A DNA stretch of 64,000 nucleotides from Octopus vulgaris (GCA_951406725.2 OX597832.1:51336001-51400000), one strand, 5' to 3'. Counted from the first letter of the stretch, positions 45,870 through 59,273 are shown. Numbers and translations are program-made. The notes: generated by a model not told the origin, from the sequence alone.

Positions 45870-47528
45870 GTAAGTTGATTTATAATTAATTTTTCTTAAT
45901 GACAGTGTTAATATGGTTTTGAAAAACATTGGTTATTTTGTAGTGTAAAATATGTATGATCATTTAAGATGAACTGATTAGGTGATGTTTTATCACATCT
46001 AAAATAAAATTTAAAAAAATCTTAATTAAAATATTTTTCATTATCTTGATCGTTACAATGCATACCACTTCCTCTTCTTTCCAGTAAGGGTCATGATGCT
46101 CACTATATAGGACCTTGCAGGTAGGGTCCAGTTAGAATTTTCTTCGGGTTAAGTTACTCATCCCACTCAAAAAGTCCCTGAATAAGGGTTGTTTAAGGAT
46201 GATGAATGAAACACCCATATTTCTAAGGGTGAGTTATTCAAACCTATTGAATGTTTTCCATGGAATGCTGGAAACAAACAACCTCATTTGCATGTCAGTG
46301 ATGTTCATTTATAACAATCATGTATGCATAGTCTAGACTCTCACAAGGGTTTGGTTGGCCTGGTGCTATTGCAGAAGATACTTGCCCAAGGTGCCATCCA
46401 ATGAGACTAAAATGAAGACCAAGCGTTGGGAAGCAAGTTTCTCAACCAACCTTATGGCCACGCCTGCACCTATATACACTTGCCTTTGGTGCTGCACAGT
46501 GGAACTCTACACAAGTCAACATAGGGACATCTGTATCTCAATTGACAAAAAAATTATATGAGAAATTTCAGTGACAAAGGAGTGAGAAATTATGTTATGT
46601 TTGAAGCTCTGATAAAACTATGGGTTGCTGCTAAACAAGTATTCAACTACGAGTGTGAACTCTAGTGAGCTTCCTCTCCAATATTAAGTACATACGAAAC
46701 GTAGCAGGTGACAGCTAGCCTTTGGGCACTGTTTTGAACCCCATTGTGTCTACCACTCCGATTGGTTGATATTGGCGCAATTTGTCTCTCACTCTATCGC
46801 ACGCCAATATGCAACCCAACCAATCACAATCTGCAAATAAGTCATGTGAGATAGTCGGTTCCAAACAAACATTTGAGCCTACTCGTCAGCTCACCTCTTC
46901 CTAGGCTCAACATCAGTTGGTTCCAGACTTTCTAAGTTCTAACCATTGACCACATTGCAGCGACCTCTATCTTTGTCGCCACCGCTAATGTCTCTCATCA
47001 ATGTCGTCAACATCTACGCAGCACCAACACACTGCACTGGTTCCTGCATCGCTGTTCTTGAGCTTCTTACCAGGGTTAACAGCTTACATAGAACCTATGC
47101 AGATGCCTGTACATATATAAATGTACATCAACCACTTCCATTCAACGTGTGTCTACTGTTACCACCTGGTGTTTTATACATTCTCCCCGGGTTCCTGCCA
47201 CTAGAACATCACAGCCTTCTGAATGGAGTCACATTAGATGGAACAACAACCTATAAAATCTAAACGTCTTATAATAGAAACAACTGTACGCTAACAAAGT
47301 TCATGACAAAATTTCTTATTCCTTATTACTGCTCTGTACTCGACTAACACTTTGTTCTGAAGAATATGTGTACCCCAGGACTTATTCTTTGTAAGCCCAG
47401 TACTTATTCTATTGGTCTCTTTTGCCGAACCGCTAAGTGACGGGGACGTAAACACACCAGCATCGGTTGTCAAGCAATGCTAGGGGGACAAACACTGAGT
47501 TAGTATTATTATGCCTAAGCAAAATAAT

Positions 47529-47900
47529 AACAAGAGCACTCAGAGCACAAACCTCTGTCAAGGCAACACTGTTTTCTCAATGATTAGCCTGAGATGATTT
47601 TTCAGAATGAGAATATCTGAAAGAAACTCGACTTCTCTCACAGACAAGAATACTAAAAATGAACCTGACTGCTCTCAAAAATTAAGCAGGAAAAAAAACA
47701 GATAAATATTCCAGAGTCCTTGTCTGGTAACTGATTGATCCTAAAATCTAACCAGTTTGTGCCAGTCACAAGGCCAAACATCCCTGAAAGTTTCATCAGA
47801 ATCCATCTGGCAGTTCTTGAGATATCTTTTCCTTGGACAAACAAACAAACGAACACGACTAAAAGCAATACTTCTGCCTTCACTAAGGCAGAAGTAATAA
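47529..47900. mobile_element. Helentron-associated (DINE-1/HINE-like) non-autonomous element
   Basis: Starts aacaagag. Subterminal acctctgtcaagg and terminal hairpin tacttctgcctt-cact-aaggcagaagta. A/T-flanked, no TSD. Confidence 0.5.
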
Positions 47901-47911
47901 TGATAATGAGG

Positions 47912-47945
<34 letters not shown>

Positions 47946-47948
<3 letters not shown>

Positions 47949-48232
47949 AATATTAGGGAATAAATCCAAATTTACAGGGAAAAAATCAGATTTAGGATTA
48001 AATCCAATTTTATAGTAAAATATTATATAATATTATTAGAGACAAAACCACTATTTTGCAAAACAAACAAGGAAAGACTTAATCAATACATAAAATTTTA
48101 ATAAAAAGTCAAAAAAACCGCCACTACAATTGTTTCTTGTCTTGATCGACAATCTTCAGGTGGACTTCCAATAAGTCAGTTTCAAATTATTCCTTGTTTG
48201 TTTTGCAAAATAGTGGTTTTGTCTCTAATAAT
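47946..48232 (-). mobile_element. Putative Penelope-like pLTR remnant with partial inverted repeat, flanked by (TA)n
   Basis: attattagagacaaaaccactattttgcaaaacaaacaaggaa (~48033) recurs inverted at ~48190-48232 around the hammerhead. Truncated relative at ~19355-19445. No RT or GIY-YIG sequence seen, so the class is inferred. Confidence 0.55.
48121..48163 (-). ncRNA. Minimal type I hammerhead ribozyme, canonical core (Penelope-like-element type)
   Basis: Minus strand reads CCAC-CUGAAGA-UUGUC-gaucaa-GACAA-GAAA-C-aauu-G-UA-GUGG: 4-bp stem I, intact core, 5-bp stem II, stem III with palindromic AAUU loop, GUA cleavage triplet. Confidence 0.85.
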
Positions 48233-48247
48233 ATTATATATATATAA

Positions 48248-48288
<41 letters not shown>

Positions 48289-48683
48289 TCTTACTCTTTA
48301 CTCTTTTACTTGTTTCAGTCATTTGACTGCGGCCATGCTGGAGCACTGCCTTTAGTCAAGCAAATCGACCCCGGGACTTATTCTTTGTAAGCCCAGTACT
48401 TATTCTATCGGTCTCTTTTGCCGAACTGCTAAGTGACGGGGACATAAACACACCAGCATCGGTTGTCAAGCAATGCTAGGGGGACAAACACAGACACACA
48501 AGCGCACACACATACATATATACGACGGGCTTCTTTCAGTTTCCGTCTACCTAATCCACTCACAAGGATTTGGTCAGCTCGAGGCTATAGTAGAAGACAC
48601 TTGCCCAAGGTGCCACGCAGTGTGACTGAACCCGGAACCATGTGGTTGATAAACAAGCTACTTACCACACAGCCACTCCTGCG

Positions 48684-48730
<47 letters not shown>

Positions 48731-49177
48731 TGTTTCAGTCATTAGACAGCCATGCATGGGCACGCCTTGAATTTTTGATGAAATGAATTTATCCCAGTAC
48801 TTTTTTTAAACCTGGTGCTTATTCTATCAGTCTCTTTTGCCAAGCCACTAAGTTACAGGGATGCAAACACTAGCAGTTGCCAAGTGGTAGGGGTGAACTG
48901 TGGGGACAAACACACAAAGGCACACAGATATATGTGTGTGTGTGTATAGAGTGTTAGAAGTGGCATAAAGATATTGTATGTTGAGAAAAAAGGATGCCAG
49001 AATTTTGGAAAAAAATCTTTTTATTTATTCATTATTATTAGTGCTTTTGTTCATTTTTCCGATAAGTTCGGAAGACACAATCTTATTTGATACATTCAAA
49101 AAATGAACGCAAACACTAAAAATAATGAATGAATAAAAAAATTTTTTCCCAAAATTCTGGCGACCTCCTTTTTTTCT

Positions 49178-49211
<34 letters not shown>

Positions 49212-49450
49212 TAGTATTATAACCCAATTTCATCCAGGTCTACACAGGCCACATTTTAAATAGATAAGGAATTTTTCCCTAGAGGCCATGCCTTTCAATT
49301 GAGCAAACTGAAAGTTGCCATGCAAACTCCCTAGCACTTTTAACATAGGTGTGCAAATTTTCAAGTCAATCCGACCACATTTCCTAACACTTTTGCCTGC
49401 ATAACTGCTTGTGAGACAACATCTGCCCTTTTCACAAATATATAGTAGAT

Positions 49451-49485
<35 letters not shown>

Positions 49486-49742
49486 AAATATACATATACA
49501 TATACACCAAATCCACACAGCCCGAGGCTGTAGTAAAAAACACTTGCCCAAGGTGTCACACAGTGGGGCTGAACCCGGAACCATGTGGTTGGGAAGCAAG
49601 CTTCTTACTACACAGCTCCAACTGTTTTTTTCTCTAACACAGTTTCTAGCTAATCTTAATAAGGTTAATTACCTTCTGTTTACTTGATTAGTATGAAATT
49701 AAAACTACATGCAAATTTATTTACAGTACATTTCTTGTTTAA

Positions 49743-49968
49743 CCCTTTCGTTACTGTATTTATTTTGAGATGCTCTGTGTTTCTTTCAATCAATTTTAAA
49801 TATAACAAAGAATTTAGTGAAATAACTTAGTTATCATTAAGCTAGTGTTTGGAACATAACATAAACTGTGACTAAGTTTGGTGGAAGATTTTAATTCAAA
49901 ACGTATGAAAACAAGATATTTGTACTACAGAGCCAGAGGCAGTTTCAGCCGGGTTAGTAACGAAAGGG
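49743..49968. mobile_element. piggyBac-type MITE (older copy at 42294-42511)
   Basis: TTAA TSDs at 49739-49742 and 49969-49972. Perfect 13-bp TIR CCCTTTCGTTACT / AGTAACGAAAGGG. Internal sequence shared with the 42294 copy. Confidence 0.85.
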
Positions 49969-50153
49969 TTAAGGAAATAAATAAATTACCTAATTTGTTA
50001 AATTATTCCCTAATTCTATGAAGTCTCTTCAATGATCTTTGGGTTACTGAATATTTTATTGCTCTGCTATAATGAGAACACTCTGTTTTGATAGATTTGG
50101 ATTTCCAAAATATGCTTTTTTTTATATATACTCTGAATTCTGATTTTTAACAG

Positions 50154-50260
50154 GTATTATTATAGCAGAATGCGGTACGGATTCAAGCCTATTGTCTAAT
50201 AGTGTAGTATCTGTTGAATATGTTTTAACACAGCTCAACAATACTCAGATAAGCCAGTGA
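50154..50260 (+). CDS. Divergent profilin-like gene, coding exon 3 (stop TGA 50258-50260; exon continues to donor at 50273/50274)
   Basis: Acceptor TTTTTAACAG at 50153. Phase-1 join gives CIIIAECGTDSSLLSNSVVSVEYVLTQLNNTQISQ*. Total 130 aa, profilin-sized. IIIA strand and VE-x-[LV]-x-x-x-L C-terminal helix pattern. ACG|GTATGT donor 13 nt after the stop. Confidence 0.85.
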
Positions 50261-51473
50261 TCAAACAGAAACGGTATGTATTTCTTTACTTTTGTGTAAT
50301 ATTTTTTCAAAATAACAAAACTTAAAACAGGAAAATGAATAAAAGCCATTATTGACTATTCAAGCCTCTTTGTGTGGTTGGGATGATACTTTGAATAAGT
50401 GCCATTATATGTGCTCTCTAATTTCAGCCCTTCATCATCATCATCATCATTTAGCGTCCGCTTTCCATGCTGGCATGGGTTGGACGGTTCAACTGGGGTC
50501 TGGGAAGCCAGAAGGCTGCACCAGGCCCAGTCTGATCTGGCAATGTTTCTACGGCTGGATGCCCTTCCTAACGCCGACTACTCCGTGAGTGTAGTGGGTG
50601 CTTTTTACATGCCACCGGCACATGTGCCAGATGGGGCTGGCAAACGGCCACGGTCGGATGGTGCTTTTTACGTGCCGGAGGCACAGGGGCCACGCGGGGC
50701 TGGCAACGGTCATGATCGGATGGTGCTTTTTATGTGCCACCGGCACAGGGGCCAGGTGTGGCTGGCAATGGCCACGATCAGATGGTGCTTTTTACGTGCC
50801 ACCGGCATGGAGGCCAGACGAGGCTGGCAACGGCCACGTTCGGATGGTTCGCTTACGTGCCACCGGCACTGGTATCACAGCTACAATTTCCATTGATGTT
50901 GATTGATTTCGATTTTGATTCTGATTCTCACTTGCCTCAACAGGTCTTCACAAGTAGAGTTTTGTGTCCTTATATATAGAAATATATATATATATATATA
51001 TATCATCATCATCATCATCATACACCCGCTTTCCATGTTGGCATTGGTTGGTCAGTTTGAGTGAAAACTTGATAAGCTGCACCAGATTTCAGACAGGAAT
51101 CTGGGGAGCTGCACCACAGTCCAATCTGATTTTGTATGGTTTCTGCATCCGGTTGCCCTTCCTAACGCCAACCGCTCCAAGAGTGTAGTGGGTGCTTTTT
51201 ATGTGCCACCAGCATCAGCCATGACTATGGTCTCACTTGGCTTGACAGGTCTTCGCCAAAGGTCTTGATCACCTGTCACTACCTCTGTGAGGCCCAACAT
51301 TTCAATGGTGCTTTTTATGTACAAGTCAGACAGCACTGGAGTTGGCCACAACTACGATTTCACTTGCCTCGGCAGATCTTCTCAAGCACAGCATACCACC
51401 CAATGTTTGAAGAGTGCTTTTTACGTGCCAGTTACACAACACTGGCATCGGCCACAACTACAATCTCACTTGG

Positions 51474-51513
<40 letters not shown>

Positions 51514-51733
51514 AATATACATATATATATATATATATATATAAAAATTTGAAAAAAAACAATGTTTATCAATTCAAAATGATTAATTAAATTACACCAT
51601 CTAGAAAATTACATATAATAGAAAAGTTAAAATTAAAATAACAATATGATGTAAAGATTAAGTAAATTGCAAAAATAATAATAAAAATGTATATAATAGG
51701 TAGAAAAATGATTTTATTCCCTCAAATAATAAT

Positions 51734-51771
<38 letters not shown>

Positions 51772-51775
51772 TATA

Positions 51776-52170
51776 TACTTTGTATGATTAGAGTGCAGCA
51801 AAAAAAATTTACTTCACCACACACCGAACTTTTAGAAATAGCATCCAAAGAATTTAGCTATTTCCTCTACTATGAGAAGAGTCTCCCAGACAATGTATAC
51901 TCAAAAACAATTCACGTAGGTATAGAGGGAAAAATAACAAAAGTTATTTTTCCCTCTATACCTTGTCTGGGAGACTTTTCTTATAGTAGAGGAAATAGCT
52001 AAATTCTTTGGCTGCTATTTCCAAAAGTTCGGTGTGTGGTGAAGTAAATTTTTTTGCTGCACCCTAATTATACAAAGTAATGTTAAATATACCGTAAATG
52101 GTCTTTACACACTGAACACTGCTTGGTAAAATTATTAATTACTAATTAATTAATTTTACCCTTATTATTA
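51776..52170. mobile_element. Palindromic repeat flanked by (TA)n (relative at 21004-21290), putative pLTR remnant
   Basis: Arms ~51776-51955 and ~51935-52080 are reverse complements, followed by a shared tail aaatataccgtaaatggtc. Confidence 0.55.
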
Positions 52171-52172
52171 TT

Positions 52173-52212
<40 letters not shown>

Positions 52213-52729
52213 TTAGGAGTGGATGCATTGCGTTCAATTAAATAATATATATATATATATATAAAAAGCACCCACTACACTCGCGGAGTGGTTGGCGTTA
52301 GGAAGGGCATCCAGCCGTAAAAACTCTGCCAGATCAGACTGGCGCCTGGAGCAGCCCCTGGCTTCCCAGACCCCGGTCGAACCGTCCAACCCGTGCTAGC
52401 GCGGAAAACGGACGTTAAACGATGATGATGATGATATATATATGTGGGTACAGGACATCACCAACAGTGCAAATGACATAGACATGAGAGCTAGATACAA
52501 AACATGGACAGCGGCACTGGCAGTGACCTTGCTTGAATGTTGTTTTTCATGTGCCACCGGCACAAGTGCGATTAAGGCGATGCTGGTAATGATCATGCTC
52601 AAATGGTGCTTTTTACATGTCACCAGCTAGGGGGCTAGTCAGTGGCCCTGGCAATGATCATGCTCGGCTGGTGCTTTTAGAGCTCCACTAGCATGGATGC
52701 TAGTCATGCGATGCTGTCATCGAATTTGA

Positions 52730-53185
52730 TTTCGATTTCACTTGCCTCAACAGGTCTTCACAAGCTGAGTTTAGTGTCCAATGAAGGAAAGGTACACATA
52801 AGTAGACTGTTTACACCATTGGCATAGGCCAAGGGTTATGGTCTCACTTGGTTTGCTGGGTCTTCTCAAGCACAGCATATTTACAAAGGCCTCGGTCACT
52901 AGTCATTGCCTGAATGAGACCTAATGTTCGAAGGTCGTGCTTCACCAACTCATTCCAGGTCTTCCTGGATCTACCTCTTTCACAGGTTTCCTCAACCGCT
53001 AGGGTGTAACGCTTTTTCACTCAGCTATCCTCATCTATTCTCACCACATGACCATACCAGCGTAGTCGTCTCTCTTGCACACCACATCTGATGCCTCTTA
53101 GGTCCAACTTTTCTCTCAAGGTACTTACACTCTGTCGAGTATGCACACTGACATTGCACATCCAGCGGAGTATACTGGCTTCGTT
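52730..53185 (-). mobile_element. RTE-clade LINE 3' fragment
   Basis: Minus strand gives EASILRWMCNVSVHTRQSVSTLREKLDLRGIRCGVQERRLRWYGHVVRIDED...RGRSRKTW, the RLRWxGHVxR / GRPxKxW tail of RTE ORFs. Smaller RTE-like pieces at ~59760-59950 and ~61070-61180. Confidence 0.85.
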
Positions 53186-53791
53186 CCTAGCACCAGTGCT
53201 GGTGTTACGTAAAAAGCTCCCACTACACTCACGGGCGTTAGGAAGGGCATCCAGCTGTAGAAACACTGCCAGATCAGACTGGAGCCTGGTGCAACCTCCT
53301 GGCTTCCTAGACCCCAGTCGAACCGTCCAACCCATGCTAGCATAGAAAACCGACGTTAAACGATGATGATGATGATGTGGATGTATAAATGTGTATGTGC
53401 GTAGTTCTTTATATGCATTCATTTACATGAATTGATGCACATGTACATTTCTTCATGTAAGTGCACTTTTTACATGCATATTTGTATCCATTTGCATATG
53501 TGTGTATATATGTATGTATTTATGTTTATATATGCATGTTATTTTTATTTAGATGTGTATATCTATGGATATCTTAACATCAGTCAAAAAACATCTTTTA
53601 ATTTAATATATATATATATATGTACAGGCGCAGGAGTGGCTGTGTGGTATGTAGCTTGCTTACCAACCACATGGTTCCGGGTTCAGTCCCACTGCGTGGC
53701 ACCTTGGGCAAGCGTCTTCTACTATAGCCTCGGGTCAACCAAAGCCTTGTGAGTGGATTTGGTAGGCGGAAACTGAAAGAAGCCCGTCGTA

Positions 53792-53836
<45 letters not shown>

Positions 53837-54488
53837 TTGTGTGTCTGCTTTTGTTTCCCCCCCCCCCCAACATCGCTTGACAACTGATGCTGGTGTGTTT
53901 ACGTCCCCGTAACTTTAGCGGTTCCGCAAAAGAGACCGATAGAATAAGTACTAGGCTTACAAAGAATAAGTCCGGTGCTCCAGCATGGCCATAGTCACAT
54001 GACTGAAACAAGTAAAAAGTAAAAGTAAGTAAAGTACGTACTGGAATTAAAAGATGAATGTTTTTGACGGGTGTTATTATATAAGCGCAGGAGTGTGGTA
54101 ATTAGCTTGCTTACCAACCACATGGTTGCAGTTTCAGTCCCACTGCATGGCACCTTGGCCAAGTGTCTTCTACTATAGCCTCAGGCTGACCAAAGCCTTG
54201 TGAGTAGATTTGGTAGACGGAAACTGAGAAGAAGCCTGTCTTATATATGTATATATATGAGTTTGTGTGTCTGCGTTTCTCTCCCCAACATCGCTTGACA
54301 ACCGATGCTGGTGTGTTTACCTCCCTGTAACTGAGTGGTTCGGCAAAAAGAGACTGATAGAATAAGTACTAGGCTTACAAAGAATATGTCTTGGGGTCGA
54401 TTTGCTCAACTAAAGGCAGTGCTCCAGCATGGCCACAGTCAAATGACTGAAACAAGTAAAAGAGTAGAATACAGATGTTTATATATTA

Positions 54489-54870
54489 CTAGCAGTATCG
54501 CCCGGCGTTGCTCAGGTTTGTAAGGGAAATAACTATAAAGCATTTTTAGAGAGTTATAGCCAAAAAATAGCAAAAAAATGGGAAAAAATTATGGTAAATT
54601 TTTTTTTAGTTAAAAAAGGTGGAGTTGCGTCCCCTAGATAGTTTGTGGTTTGTGTTTCTGATTCTCGACCCCATGTCGAATTTATCGATTTTTTTCAGAT
54701 CTGGGAGAACTTTTCAAAATTTCCGCTGCGTTAGTTTTGAATTATGACATTGGGCTATGTGGGTGTCAAGTTTCATCAGAATCGGTTGAAAGCCGTGGTC
54801 AGGGTGAGGGTACAAGCAAACAGACACACAGAAACACACACAGACAAACTGCCGTTTATATAGAGAGAGA
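54489..54870 (-). mobile_element. Non-autonomous Helitron (same 3' end also at 19060 and 23321)
   Basis: ctagcagtatcgcccggcgttgctcagg terminus nearly identical to the 2921 copy. Opposite end ...tatatagagagaga reads TC on minus. Confidence 0.7.
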
Positions 54871-55907
54871 TTTTATATAAATTTCCCTGAATTCAATAAT
54901 CTAATTACCAAAATATTTATTTTATTTCCTCATTTACATGATACTCTTTTTCACTGTAATTTACTAGTCACACACTCATGCTTACACTCAGTATCATATT
55001 AATCCTTTCCAGTATAAGTACAAGGTTAGTCGGTACCAGTGCTCAACTGATACTAATTCTGTCGACCCTGAAATGATGATGATGATCATCATCGTTTAAC
55101 GTCCGTTATCCATTCTAGCATATGTTGGACGGTTCAACTGGGGTCTGGGAAGCCAGTAGGCTGTGCCAGGCCCAGTCTGATCTGGCAATGTTTCTATGGC
55201 TGGATGCCCTTCCTATCGCCAACCATTCCGTGAGTGTAGTGGGTGCTTTTTACGTGCCACCTGCACAGGTGCCAGATGAGCCTGGCAAACGGCCACAATC
55301 GGATGGTGCTTTTTTACGTGCCACTGGCACGAGGGCCAGACGAGGCTGGCAACGGCCACAATCTGATAGTGCCTTTTACGTGCCACCGGCATGGAGGCCA
55401 GTCGGGGTGGTGCTGGCAACGGCCACATTCGGATGGTTCCCTTATGTGCCACCGGTACTGGTATAGGTACAGGTGTGGCTGTGTGGTAAGAAGCTTGCTT
55501 CCCAATCACATGGTTCTAGGTTCAGTCTCAATGCATGGCACCTTGGGCAAGTGTCTCCTACTGTAACCTTGAGTCGACCAAAGGCTTGTGAGTGGATTTG
55601 GTAGGCAGAAACTGAAAGAAGCCTGTCATGCACACGTGTGTGTATATCTTTGTGTTTGTGTTTGTTCCCCCCATCTCTTGACAACCAATATTGGTGAGTT
55701 TACATCCTTATAATATAGCAGTTCAGCAAAAGAGACTGATAGAATAAGTACGAGGCTTAAATAAGTCGACTTGTTCGGCTAAAAACCCCTCAAGGCGGTG
55801 CTCCAGCATGGCTGCAGTAAAATGACAAACGAGTAACAGAAAAAAAGAAAAATTATATGTACACTTGTGTGTGTGTATGAATTTATAACAATGTGGATTT
55901 GTATATA

Positions 55908-56072
55908 GGCGCAGGAGTGGCTGTGAGGTAAGTAGCTTGCTTACCAATCACATAGTTCCGGGTTCAGTCCCACTGCGTGGTACCTTGGTCAAGTGTCTTC
56001 TGCTATAGCCTCGGGCTGACCAAAGCCTTGTTAGTGGATTTGGTAGACAGAAACTGAAAGAAGCCCGTCGTA

Positions 56073-56103
<31 letters not shown>

Positions 56104-56317
56104 GCGTTTGTGTGTCTGTGTTTGTCCCCTAGCATTGCTTGACAACTGATGCTGGTGTGTTTATGTCCTCGTCAGTTAGCGGTTCAGCAAAAAGAGGCCG
56201 ATAGAATAAGTACTGGGCTTACAAAAGAATAAGTCCTGGGGTTGAGTTGGTCGATTAAAGGCGGTGCTCCAGCATGGCCGCAGTCAAATGACTGAAACAA
56301 GTAAAAGAGTAAAAGAG
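55908..56317 (+). mobile_element. tRNA-derived SINE family A, plus-strand copy
   Basis: ggcgcaggagtggctgtg...ggttcagtcccactgcgtgg head through gactgaaacaagtaaaagagtaaaagag tail. Other + copies at 16026-16450, 37831-38470 (interrupted), 53627-54025, 54085-54465, 55470-55840. Confidence 0.9.
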
Positions 56318-56610
56318 ATTCAGTTAAGGGGAACCGATACTAAACAGTCCTTTCTATCACCACCGATACTAAAAAGCCCTTTGTATACTCAGCTTTTTCT
56401 AGAATATACAATGAGAGAGAGAGAGAAAGCCTAGTCTAGATTGACATCTCTTATCTATACATGCTTTGTACTCGAAATCCTGTTTCTTCTTAGCTATTCA
56501 TCTGTTACTCTTTTACTTGTTTCAGTCATTTGACTTCGGCCACGTAAACACACCAGCATCGGTTGTCAAGCAATGCTAGGGGGACAAACACAGACACACA
56601 AACATACACG

Positions 56611-56650
<40 letters not shown>

Positions 56651-58915
56651 CAACGGGCTTCTTTTAGTTTCCGTCTACCTTCTTAGCTTTTCATTTGTTA
56701 CTCTTTTACTTGTTTCAGTCGTTTGACTGTGGCCATGCTGGAGCACCGCCTTTAATCGAGCAACTCGACCCCGGGACTTATTCATTTGTAAGCCCAGTAC
56801 TTATTCTATCGGTCTCTTTTTGCTGAACCGCTAAGTGACGGGGACATAAACACACCAGCATCGGTTGTCAAGAAATGCTAGGGGGACAAACACAGACACA
56901 CAAACACACACGCACACACATATATATATATACATATATACGACGGGCTTCTTTCAGTTTCCGTCTACCAAATCTATTCACAAGACTTTGGTCGGCCCGA
57001 GGCTATAGTAGAAGACACTTGCCCAAGGTGCCACGCAGTGTGACTGAACCCGGAACCATGTGGTTGGTAAACAAGCTACTTACCACACAGCCACTCCTGC
57101 TCCTCCTGTTATCTATATTCACATATTAATATGACTATTATTAACTGGTGACATTTGTCCATCCATGTTCTTTTCTGCTCCTGCAACATCTATATACCAC
57201 TAAAACTCTGTAGTTGCTTGCTTGCACTTATGTCTGTAATTTGATACAGCCAAACTGGCACTTAATAGGAAAATACTCTGAAAAGTAAGGAACCCTGAAA
57301 TGTGAATACAAATGGAATAAAACAAATTTCGCATAAACCGGACCATGGATTCCTGAGACATGTGGATTTTTGGGGGTATACTCTCTTTTACTTGTTTCAG
57401 TCATTTGACTGCGGCCATGCTGGAGCACCGCCTTTAATCGAGCAACTCGACCCCGGGACTTATTCTTTTTTTATAAGCCCAGTACTTATTCTATCGGTCT
57501 CTTTTGCCGAACCGCTAAGTATGAATTGAAATATTTAATTAATCCTCATAAAATTAACTTTCATTTCAATGCAGTGTTGAAATCAGCTTCAATGTTTTAT
57601 AACTTGAACCGTCAGTGACCCAATGGGTTTATGGGTAGTTTAGTATTAATTAAAATCAATCTTCTCTCTGCCTCCCCCCTTCATCTTATATCTAAAATCC
57701 AGATTGTTTTAAAAGCAGTGTAGAGAAGAGTCAATTCATTTGGAAGAATTCTCTTCTTTTTTTTATTGTTATTTATTTCAGCAATTGTATTCATTAGAGT
57801 CATTGTTTTCCATAGCAAGAGTACTTGACACTAACTGCCAAGTACTTAGCTACTTAGTTACAAAGTACGATACTTGTTAGCCATATATAGCCTACAATAA
57901 GTGGAGTTTGTGCTTTTGTTAAGGAAGTTGTTTAACTTCAGGTCAGTCCCAAGTAGACCCATTGTCAGCTTACAAGTGGAGATTGTGCTTTTTTTAAGGA
58001 AGGGCAGTCCTAAATTCACCCATGATCAGAATTATTCCATTCCATCCTGCTCTCGAACATTGCATTATTTATTCTTTTACTTGTTTCAGTCATTTGATTA
58101 TGGCCATGCTGGAGCACCACTCATTTTAGTCAAGGAAATCTACCCCGGGACTTATTCTTTGTAAAGCTAGTACTTATTCTGTCAATCTATTTTGTCAAAT
58201 GGCCAAGTTACAAGGACATAAACACACCAACATCAGTTGTCAAGCAGTGGTGGGGGAACAAAGACACACACATATGCAACAGGCTTCTTTCAGTTTCCAT
58301 TTACCAAATCCACTCACAAGACTCTAGTCGGCCTGAGGAAATTGTAGAAAACACTTGCCCAAGGTACCACACAGTGGGACTGAACCCAGAACCATACAGT
58401 TGGGAAGCAAGCTTCATAACCCACAGCCATGCCTGCAAGTAGGACAACACTATCCAATATGTTACTTCTTTTTGTTAAGATGGTAGGGTATCTATCTGCA
58501 GTAGAGGTGTGTATTTAGAATACATACTTCTACTAAATTTCTGTTTTCAGGTGTATAATAGCCAACGAGTCATGTAGCCTTTGTTAGTTGTTTGAAGATA
58601 TCAGAATTATATTTAACTACAAGTGGGTTTCTCTATATCCCTATATCCTTCTTTGATATCAAAGAAAGCTAAACGTCCCATATATCTAAAAAAATATTGC
58701 TCACACTTTTTCCCAAATCTATTTTTCAATGATTAGTAGCACTTATGAAGAAACTAAAAAAATGTCCCAGACTATCCCGTTATAGGTTTATTATAAATGC
58801 AATTGCTAGCATTGAAAACATGCACACAAAAGATCAGGTCATCTATATTTAGCAGTAAAAATATAAGCAGATGTTAATTTTTTTTTGTTCTTTAATGACC
58901 TTGTTGGGGTTCTTA

Positions 58916-59110
58916 GACACACATTCTCTCATGTATATATATATATTAAAACGGAATCATACATATTTTTACACCTTGTTATATAAATTCACTACAATAC
59001 ATATCCTCTCATGTATGTATGTATGTATATATATATATTAAAACGTATTCGTACATATTTTCGACACCTTGTTATATAAGTTCACTACAATACATATCCT
59101 CTCATGTGAG

Positions 59111-59142
<32 letters not shown>

Positions 59143-59273
59143 CGTAATCACATATTTTCGACACCTTGTTATATAAATTCACTACAATACACATTCTCTC
59201 GTGTGTATATATATATATATATATTAAAACGTAATCACATATTTTCGACACCTTGTTATATAAATTCACTACA
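58916..59273. repeat. Four-copy tandem repeat with variable internal (TA)n
   Basis: ttaaaacgtaatcacatattttcgacaccttgttatataaattcactaca recurs four times. Confidence 0.9.

Noticed and set aside
46845-46893. Hammerhead-like CTGACGA on minus (similar weak cases near 6575-6635, 26320-26350 and 26930)
   Set aside because: GAAA or core segment missing and stem II supported mostly by G-U pairs, too degenerate to call.
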